Below, piece by piece: positions 11,696-21,024 of a stretch of 64,000 nt of DNA. A program made the translations under genes and the position numbers. Source of the stretch: Selaginella moellendorffii (Eukaryota > Plantae > Lycopodiophyta); NCBI RefSeq assembly GCF_000143415.4, contig NW_003314336.1:570830-634829 (forward strand). Direction: 5' to 3'. Under the pieces are notes generated by a model. That model ran no database searches, was not told where the DNA came from, and worked only from the letters and a program-made list of their open reading frames with translations. Each line of letters opens with the position of its first letter. The stretch's first letter is position 1.

Positions 11696-14600
11696 TTCCA
11701 TGTGTCATGTGTTAGTCCTTTTGGGTCCCTTTTTGGAGCCTCGCTTATTGCTCGCTTCGTGTTTGTTCCTCAAGCCCTTTGTTGGGAGTTCCACTCCCGC
11801 TCTCGACTTTTCAAATCGGAGCTTTTGGTCCAAATGTGTTACACTCATTTGACTTTCGCTTCAGCCACTACCACGTGGCACCCTTCCGGCTCCACTTTGG
11901 GGCCTAGGGATTTTGTGTCTCACAACTCCACCATCCATAGACGAAGTTCGATGTCCTCATCGAACGGTAAACCATTTTTATAAAGTAACACCAACATGTA
12001 TTACCTTTTCCATCTTTAGCACCTAGCCAATATTCGTCAATGGTATGACACTGAAAGCTCACCATGCCTTCTCCATCCTCTAAGGCGCATAGCCTCTCTG
12101 ACATAGAGACTCGATCGACCACCTATGGTGGTTCTTTCCTTTTCATTAGTTTAGTTCTTGCTAAACCTGTTAAAGGCACCTCCTCTATTTCAATCCCATT
12201 ACTCACTCCTGAGTAGCCTCAGTTCCCATTGATATAAACTTGCATTCTGGAACTTTTAAATTTGACTTGTTAGAGTCAATTTATTGCACATATTGTGCAA
12301 CTCCACTTCCCCATCTTTGGAAGTTCTCTATTTGAGGGCGCCATCATCCTCTTTCCCATTTTGTGCAACCTTTTGGCACTAAGTTCCAGTTATCCTATTT
12401 CGTGCTAGGATTGTCCACGTCCCTATCATTTGGCTAGTTTACCGCTCCCTGTCATTAGAGCATCTGCCACGATGTTGCTCTTCCTAGGCTTGTACAGAAT
12501 CTCGCAATCAAACTCGACCAAAGCATTGGCCCACTGACCCTATTTCCCCCTGTGACAAGAAGTGTTTCATTGCCACATTGTCCATGTAAACCTTGAAGTG
12601 TCTCCCAAGGTCGGAGCTTCCACTTTCGTCAAATCAAAGCAATTGAGAATCCATCCTTGGAAACACATTGTCTTTCCCACAATTCGTTAGCACCCAACAC
12701 ATTAGTGTTTTTGGCCTAACTTTGTGTTTTGGATTCTTTCCTATGATTCCCATGGCTCTTTTCTTAGCCACTAGTCGTTTGCTCCTATCCTTGATTGTTA
12801 CACCTAACAACATAGAATCATTACCTCCACTCTCAAGGTATCCTTTCAATTCCATAGCAAAGACTTTGCTTTGCCAAGTCCAGAAGGTGTTCACCCTTAA
12901 TACGTCCCTTTAGCATCTTCTGATGTGGGCTCTATTCACGGCCCAACTTTGAGACCCTCCCATGGGTCCCTTGTAGGGATTACTTTCTTTGGACTCACTA
13001 TGCTATCGCATAGTCACAAATCATTTCCCTTAGGTGTTCTTCCCACTTGGTCACCTTGACTAAGCCACACCATCATCAATAGTTCAAACCAACACTTTGA
13101 ACTAGGAACTTTATCCCTTAACCTCACAAGGACTTTATCCTTGTTTTAGCCATAAGATCACCTAGTGATCACACCTAGGCACCTTAATAGGTTTGCCAAT
13201 AGGTATTAAGTCTTCCAAACCTTTAAGTTGTTCACCATGATCCCCCACACTTGGTGGTGCACCCAAGCCAGCCCTTCCAGCTAAGGGTCTATAGCAATTG
13301 AGACTGGGTGTCCCCATTTCATTCACCTCGTCTTTGGTGCCATTTGCATCAAGTGTTCAAATTAGATATGCCGAGCCACACTAAGCAATCTAACTGTGCA
13401 TCATAACTTCAAGGTATCCCTCGCTTGGCAGTGTGCCCAAACCAGTCTCCTCACTGAGAGTCCATGACCACCGAAAAATGAGTGTCCTCATATTCCAAAC
13501 TATCACCACGCCCTAGTGATTTGGAACTTGAACTCAAACACTAAAGGGTTGGGACTCAAACCTAACCTCCATATATGCATCTACAGATAGCATCGCACAG
13601 GATGCCTAGTGTGACTCCCCACGCCGGTGCACTAACATATACTTAAAGCACGCTATAGATCACAGCTTAGGAACCTAGTTCCTTCACGCTGCCAAATCCA
13701 CTCATTTGGCAAATCTATGATCATGCATGGACTCCTCCATGCTCGGCCCCATGGGCCACCCCTTTTGAAGTTAGCACCTTCGACTAAGGGATTTGTTCCC
13801 TTGACTTGCCATTCTCGCTTAGCAAGTCATCCGGCCACCATAACATAGTTCATGCATAAGTGTGAAAGTTCTTAACCATCGACTTTCGTTCAAGCCCTCT
13901 CTTTTAACACTCAGGAACTACTTCCCCAACCTTAATAACCTTGCCTCATGGCCAGCTTCAAGACCACGCTTCTGCTATGCCACTTTGATTTCGCGCGCTC
14001 TAAGATCCATTTACACTTGGCTTTCTAGGTACTTATCTACCTAGAATTGTCTTTAGGAACCTTCAAGGAACTTTGTTCCTTAGTTTGTTAAGGCTTCTCC
14101 TTTGCAAACTCCCTATTCACCATATGGTTTAATATGGATAATTCCACATTTTAGACTCTCCATGACATCGTGGTCGTTAATAATAATTTGCTCAAGCACC
14201 CACTTGATTCTCCACTCCCAACTCGCATAACCACCCTTGGTTATGCCCTTCAATTCCTATAGTTCAGTTCTATCCCTTTACTACTTTGCTTTTTGGCCTT
14301 ATATGTTTCCTTCGGTTATTCTCCTCCAGCCTAGGAGGATAGCTTTGCACCTTCTACTATGCCTTAGCAAGTATTCATAAAAATGAACTTACCCGATAGC
14401 TTAGGGAGCGGTTCCTCAATCTGGGCATGCTCACTTTATAATCCCATACACCGAGATTAATGTTGCTACTTATAGGCCTCTATATGCCCATCACTAGCCT
14501 TGCCAAAATCTTATTTTCGGTTTTGTCCAAATCAGGTAGATGGATTTCTCCCATCTCCAGAACTTTGGACGTTTGGATATTACCTTTTATCCATCATTTG

Positions 14601-16516
14601 CTAGGGTCTTATTCCCTTGGGCCTTATTTATTGCCCTCGCAACACTAAACACCACCTCTTGGCATTCTAGAGTATTTGGGTGTTCCAATGATGGCTTCTT
14701 TGACAATGAACATTTCCTTTTACGACATTGACTTACTATATTGCAACATAAGCAACTTATCCCCGATAAGGGTATGTTTAACTTCTTTATGCCATTAGAA
14801 GTCTTGGATAGTTACCTTCTACTCGTTTAACCAATTACCTGCACCTCTTGCTTAGTTGCTTCATAGTTGTCAAGTCCTACAACTCATTGCTGGTGCTTCC
14901 ACACCTCCATCATTATCTGGGTCACCACACTCTACCACATGCCTTCCAACTTAGGCTATGCCATTTCTATTTCCATTGGGATTCCCTTGGCAAGGGGTTC
15001 TCATGAACCCATCAACATAATCTCAAGGTATCACACCTTGGCCCATTTGGTGTCTCCACACCATCGGCTCCATAAATCTACTTTTGTGACACTTTACACT
15101 TGTGTCTAGGTCTTTGCCAAAGCCAACCCAGTCGTTTCTCATACTAACTATCTGTTAGCACTACACCATAGTGTTCGCACACAACTCTGCACCAAAGTTG
15201 CTTCTTCTAGGAATACCTTTTCCAAGACTTTAGTATGACACATTCTGCCACCCATGAAATACCCACTGTTCTCATACTTGGATTTTATGATCCTCCCCAT
15301 CCTTCGTGAAGCACAACACACCTCAGTCCAAATGCTTTTATCAGTCCTTTAAGACTATTCCTTGACTCCACTTAAGTCATTCAGCCTTTTGGACTTTTCT
15401 TAATCCCTCAACCTATAAGGTTTTACTTTTGAGATGCTAGTTCATTGGAATACAACTTCTTGTATTCATGTCCTACTCACCAGGACCACCATTATAAGTG
15501 TTCTTCCAACACTTAACTATTTTTCGATAATTGTGTGCTACCTTCGCCCGTTAAGATTATCCATCTATATGATGGGAATATCGATTCATCCTCTAAGCAC
15601 ACCCCCAACTCCTAGGGTTGTTCTAGCATTTATTCAAGGTAGCCCGACTACCATTCCAAGGACTTATATCCTCATCCATATTTGACCTCCCACAGTCATT
15701 AATTTTGGTTTCAAATTCATAAGCATCAGCCTTGACTTCATGAGGGTAATTTTGTGACTCCTTTATCGTTTTAGAGTCTTTATCTTCTCTGTGATCCTAA
15801 CAATAATTGTTTACCACAACTACATTAACCAATTTGCTGAATCAAATGCTCATCTGAATCACATCCTAAACTCAATGAGGAAAATCTTGCACTATTCCCA
15901 AGATCCCAAAGTCATTCCATTATTGGCCCTTTTCTATCCACCACCTCATTTACAAGTTCATACATGAACTATAATGGAAAGCCATGTCTTCCCGACCTGC
16001 TACTCCTTGAGGATAGGCCCACTCTTCGGACTTTCCGATGCCAACACCAATGGTGATATACTTGAGCACCAATAAAAGTCGGATTAAGGAATAGCTCCGA
16101 TACCAAATTGTAAGTGACTAATTTTTCCATGAATTGTGTTGTACTTTCTACTTAGTTGTTTCATAGTTCATAAGTTTTACAACTCATTACCAATACTTCC
16201 ACCCCTCCATCATTATTTGGGTCATCACACTTTAACTACATGTCTTTCAGCTTAAATTATGCTATTGCCATTCCCATTTTCATTCCCATTTTCATAGAAT
16301 TCTTTTGGCAAAAAGATACCAAAGAATGTCACTTTATATATTGTTGACAATTAACTAATATATCATACATCTGGATTTAGAGTTTGCTGAAGTTGGTCTT
16401 ATAAAGTTGACAACCCCATTCGAAATATTCCATAATATCATTTTTATTCTGAAACTTCAGGATGTTGGTGGTTACACACACACGAAAAAGAAATCCAGTT
16501 TCACATACATTCATAC

Positions 16517-17221
16517 TCACTGCTTGGCATAGAGAAGCAGGATCTCAGGATTCAGTGCTTGCTTGGGGACCTCGGGATTCATTGCTGTCGGGATTCACTG
16601 CTTGCTTGGGAACCTTGGGATTCAGTGCTGGCTTGGCATAGATAAACAGGCTTTCGGGTTTCACTGCTTGCTTGGCATAGAGTAAGGGGGCTTCGGGATT
16701 CCCTGTTTGCTTGGCATAGAATAAGGGTAAGGGGGCTTCGGGATTCCCTGTTTGCTTGGCATAGAATAAGGGGGCTTCGGGATTCACTGCTTGCTTGGGG
16801 TGGGATTCATTGCTGGCTTGGCATAAAAAAACAGGCTTTCGGGATTCACTGCTTGCTTGGGACCTTGGGATTCATTGCTGTCTTGCATAAAAAACAGGCT
16901 TTCGGGATTCACTGCTTGCTTGGCATAGAGTAAAGGGGCTTCGGGATTCACTGCTTGCTTGGCATAGAATAACGGGGCTTCGGGATTGATTGATTGCTTG
17001 AGTTCTGGAGTTGTGTTCTCTTCTTTAGCCTTCGTTTCTGTAACCTCCTTCAGAATAGATGTTGGGTTCGTTTTTGATTGTTCAACAGCATCTATTTCGG
17101 TTCGGAGAGCTAAAGTCGCCTGAAAAACGAAATAGACAATGTCAAGAGCATCTAGAGCAACTGTAAAACTTACAGTGAAGAACAACACTAGAACGAATGA
17201 AATTGCATGAGTGTTTTGTAT
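16517..17221 (-). pseudogene. Secreted multi-core peptide precursor, burpitide/cyclopeptide-alkaloid type (signal peptide plus ~13-aa repeats); lesions in this copy
   Basis: Exon 1 (17221-17174) reads (I)QNTHAISFVLVLFFT, followed by a 54-nt phase-0 GTAAGT...TTTCAG intron (17173-17120). Exon 2 reads ATLA-LRTE... then repeats of NPE[A/S]-core-AKQAV with cores PLFY, PLLY, LFF(Y), LFFY, PLFY, PLPLFY, PLLY, LFIY, ILLLY, ending in TGA at 16519-16517. The expected start codon reads ATA and there are several small frameshifts. Confidence 0.75.
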
Positions 17222-17831
17222 ATTACAATATGAAGCCACTTTCTTAAATAGTGTTGGAGGTGCCAGAAAGCGCAAAGACCAGAGTAAAATATCATGTGAA
17301 AAGTCAATTCATAGCCAACTTTAGGTTTGCATATGTTTACTGAACTACAAAGAAACTTCTAATTTTATTTTTCTTTTGGAAAAGAGTAAAACTGTTCATT
17401 GATAAATGAAGTTCAATTTTGTCGTGAAGTTCTATCAAAAGACAATATTTCTGCGAGCCTGGCCCACTGTATCAGAATAAATAATAGCACACTATAATGA
17501 CCACATGTTGAATAATGACACACCAACTAACATTGGATCATGGTGCCCACTTGACATATGAACAAGTCACCTAGTAGTGGACAAAATAAAGCATCTAGCT
17601 CAGAGTCATTATAAAATATATAAATAGATTGGTTACCTTGGCTTTAGGTTTAAAGGTATTGCATCAATCATACACCTCTAGAATGCTTCAGATGACATTT
17701 TCTAGATATGTATGGTTTCTGACATGATTCTGCACGTGATGAGTTGACAATCGATCTCCAAGAATAATAAAATAAACCTAAACTGACGGGAAAAACCCTA
17801 ACGTTAGGGTTTCTCGCTTGCATCCGCACTT
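17222..17831. promoter_or_regulatory. Putative bidirectional promoter between the precursor and the dioxygenase
   Basis: 610-bp AT-rich spacer between head-to-head genes. Contains a perfect palindromic double telo-box AAACCCTAACGTTAGGGTTT (17793-17812), a G-box CACGTG (17733-17738) and a site-II-like GGCCCA (~17461). Confidence 0.5.
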
Positions 17832-18821
17832 ATGGAGGACCAGTTTGGTAAGTTCCCTGTTGTTGTGGTGCCAAATCCAAACGAACGAGAATTGCCGCTG
17901 GATGACTTGATATCCAAGGTCCAGGAGCACAAAGCCTGGATCCATGACAAGCTCGCTCGCAATGGAGCATTGCTCTTAAGAGGATTTCCGGTGAAAGACG
18001 CAGCGGATTTTGATCAAGTTATCAAAGCTCTGGACTACAAGACCTTGCATAATCACTTTGGGAGCCAAGACCGGAAACACGTCAAAGGCTCGGTTTACAC
18101 AGCAAATGACGACCTCCCTCTCGAGATTCCAATCGGCTTCCACAACGAAATTACTTATGTAAGCTTGGACAGTAGAGAAATTTGTCAGTCGTGAAGCTTT
18201 CCTTGCAGATGCCCGTCATTCCCGACGTGCTTGTTTTCTACTGCGAGGTTGCACCGCCCCAAGGATGTGGTGGCGCAACGGGCATTGTGAGAGGGGATGC
18301 TGTCTACGAGGACTTGTCCAAAAAATTCCCTAGCTTTCTTCAAGATTTGGAGGACAAGGGAGCGATATATTGCTTCACCGTGCCAGCATCGGAGCAACCA
18401 AAATATGGCAGGTACCACACCACATTCTTCTTCAATGGATAGTTATATGAGATTTCTTTCCTTCAGCAATATGAATGGGTACAAGAGAAAGCAGCTTGAG
18501 AATGGACTCGTGAAGCTCTACCTTGGGCCTTGCCCAGCAATCAAGCAGCTTCCAAGCGGCAAGAAGGCATGGTTTAATGCGATTGGATCAAGCTACGTCC
18601 GTGATTCTAGCGAGCCATATGTTGAGTTTGGAGACGAGACAGCCATGCCCACGGATGCTATCAAAGCCGCCTGTGAAATCATGCAGGAGAAACAATTTGC
18701 TGTGCAGTGGGAGCAAGGGGACGTGCTCATACTGGAAAATTCTCATGTGCTCCATTCTAGACATTCCACTTCCAAGCTCGAGCCTACTCGCAAAATCCTT
18801 GTGTCCATGCTCAAGTATTGA
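17832..18821 (+). CDS. TauD/TfdA-family (clavaminate synthase-like) Fe(II)/2-oxoglutarate dioxygenase, 3 exons (17832-18158, 18209-18411, 18467-18821), 294 aa
   Basis: GALLLRGF, iron motif FHNE (HxE), VFYCEVAP..GGAT, WEQGDVLILEN..VLHSR, RKILVSM. GT-AG introns of 50 and 55 nt splice into one open frame. Confidence 0.9.
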
Positions 18822-18949
18822 TTGTATTGTTTACCGAATCTCTATTTCTCTTGTTAACAAGCTGTTAAACGAAACTCTGCTTTATTAAACTACATTTATT
18901 TTGAAATTGAATAAATGAACGGGCGTAGGCAAAAGCCTTTATCATTTCC

Positions 18950-19912
18950 ATGTCTATTGGCGGTCACGTTTTGCTACATGTCTTGCTTGCGATTTCTCTC
19001 GTGTATCATGTGGTCAGCTTCAAGAGCCTCTTAGTCATGAGCTCTCGCTCATTCTCAACTCTTACTTTTGTTTTCGACGCAGGGGTGTCTCCTTCCTGGC
19101 TCAATACTGGAGAGGCTGTCGCCCTTGGATGATGCCTCCAAAATGCGCATCAAGCGGGAAATCCATGCTTCCGGCACCATGCCACTCGAGTCGTGCAAAA
19201 AAAGCCGGCTTCCTGTGTGCCACCACATTGATCATCACCGCCAGCATCATCACCTTGCCAGGAATGGAATCTAACCTTGGAATTTGATCCCCCAAACTTT
19301 TCTTCCAGATGAACACGCTTGTCGGCTGCCACCGCCTCTCCTCTGAGACAACTCAATTCCTCCCAGTATGTTCACGCATTCACTCCTTGAGCCAGTTCTT
19401 GGAACCATGGGTTTCTCCCGACTGCTGCCAACGATGCAAATCCTGATGCAGTCTTCTGTATCAAAGGCAATGTGGGACAGCTTGAGCATGTGTTCTATGG
19501 ATGCCAGCATCAAGGACGAGATCAAGGCGTGCCATGTCTCCGTGAAGACTATCCTGGAGCAAGCGTCTTCGATAGTCAGCAGGCCCGATTTGAAGCATGT
19601 CATAAACACTGTGAGCGATGTGGAGGGGGAATTTGAGGTGGTAGAAAAGGCTATGGTTGCTACAAATGGGACTCTAGCTTGTCATCCCATGACATTTCCA
19701 TATGCACTCTACATGTGCCATACAATTCGCTTATGGTGACACTGAAACCATATTCACAATCTTGCAGCAAGCTTGTGGAGGTTCCTGCAGTTTGTCACTT
19801 GCACACCTCAGGCTTTGACCCATCCCACATTTCATTCAAAGTGCTACACATGAAGCTTGGTGTGGGAGAAGTCTGCCACTGGCTCTTAGAGTGTCACTTT
19901 GTTTGGTATTAA
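18950..19912 (+). pseudogene. BURP-domain protein (candidate split burpitide cyclase) with signal peptide; disrupted by stops and frameshifts
   Basis: Exon 1 (18950-19012) reads MSIGGHVLLHVLLAISLVYHV, followed by a phase-0 intron 19013-19082. The BURP signature CH-x10-CH...CH-x25-CH-x8-W is seen as ACHPMTFPYALYMCH ... AVCHLHTSGFDPSHISFKVLHMKLGVGEVCHWLLECHFVW, plus DEIKAC and KLFFQ. Stops at 19272 and 19344 and a frameshift near 19730. Confidence 0.9.
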
Positions 19913-20084
19913 CATCTCAAATCAAATGTCTCAAATAAGAAAATATTAAAGATTATATACTATTTTGAAAGTTTTGCAGTGCTCACCCTGAAGCATGAGA
20001 GGGATGCATATATTGTTAATATTTGGAGCTAAATAAAAAATATAAAGAGGTTTAACCTTGTTTGGGTAACATTTTGAAATTCTT

Positions 20085-20760
20085 TACCACTTAAACACCC
20101 CCAAGTTACCTCAAAAGCTCTACCATGCCTTAATCTTACCTATTGACCATGTAAAAATTCTTCCCCCAAAAAAGTCTTTATCCTAAAGATAAATTGTATT
20201 GATGATCACCTTTTTTAGGGAACTTTACTCAAATTCATGATCCATCATCCATAACTATATACATCTAGAAGGTCCTTTCATTCCAAAATAATACACACTT
20301 CAACTGACTAATATACAATGTTAGATGAATTTTCACTTTAGATAGTAGCCACACTTGATAATGCACTCCAACACTTTTTATGGACCAATATATTTGTGAA
20401 AAAGTTTATCACTTATCCCACTTTACAAAAACACTAAAATGTTTATCACTCATTTGATGGAAAGTTATTTGCACAAAAATGAGATTTCCCACCTTATATT
20501 CCCAAAATTAATAATGCTTATTAGCAAGCTTTTATACCTACTTGCAAATTTTACTTACATACCATAGTGGCCAAATCAACCACATCTGAATCAAGTTTGT
20601 TTAGAAGATCAATGTAATTTTCTTTTTGGCGAATGCTACAATGTAATATATCCTCCACCTCATTTACATGCTTGATCTACATATTTGTCTCTCCACTTAA
20701 GAGCTTTAAAGTCCTTTATATATGCTTTGCAAATATATCGCACATGGTTTTCACTTTTTA
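20085..20760 (-). mobile_element. Degraded gypsy 3' end (LTR remnant, PPT, integrase tail), related to 40695-41759
   Basis: Alignable by eye to 40770-41650 (AAGTTACCTCAAAAGCTC, ATTCTTCCCC, CCCACCTTATATTCCCAAAATT). Confidence 0.7.
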
Positions 20761-20808
20761 TATGGTGTTTTACAATAGGATAATTACAAAGCAAAACTGT
20801 AACCCTTA

Positions 20809-21024
20809 TGTAAGCAGCCAAAGGGAACGATTTGAGAGACGGTCCATGGGGTTCAAATATAGAGGGCAAGGGTTGGGGAAAGGAAATATAGACGGTCCAT
20901 GAATAAAAGTGCACCCCCTTTTCCAATCGGTTAAAAGTCTTGGGATATTTGGGGTTAAATGTCCTTGGGTTTAAATAGTATTGGCTAGGTGACCTCCCGA
21001 GAAGTCTAAATTCAGGAGCTTACA
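20809..21024 (+). mobile_element. Cassandra-type solo LTR (5S-derived)
   Basis: TGTAAG...CTTACA termini, near-TSD CCTTA/CTTTA, and GGTGACCTCCCGAGAAGTC 5S-like segment. Confidence 0.85.

Larger units (their letters stand above)
10181..16131 (-). mobile_element. Non-autonomous LTR element copy C: 3' LTR 10181-11924, ~4.2-kb non-coding interior, tRNA-Met PBS at 16094-16105, 5' LTR stub 16109-16131
   Basis: On the minus strand the PBS TGGTATCGGAGC follows an LTR end ...GTCACTTACA, the PPT GGATGGTGGAGT precedes TGTGAGACAC, and both LTR ends share TGTAAGTGACTAATTTTTCCAT. Confidence 0.85.

Noticed and set aside
16784-17275. The ORF-track protein starting MRFLAPP as the real precursor
   Set aside because: It starts at TTG and reads through a 54-nt GT-AG intron; the spliced model gives a much better signal peptide.
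19271-19609. Minus-strand ORFs over the BURP locus
   Set aside because: Antisense shadows; the plus strand carries the BURP signature.
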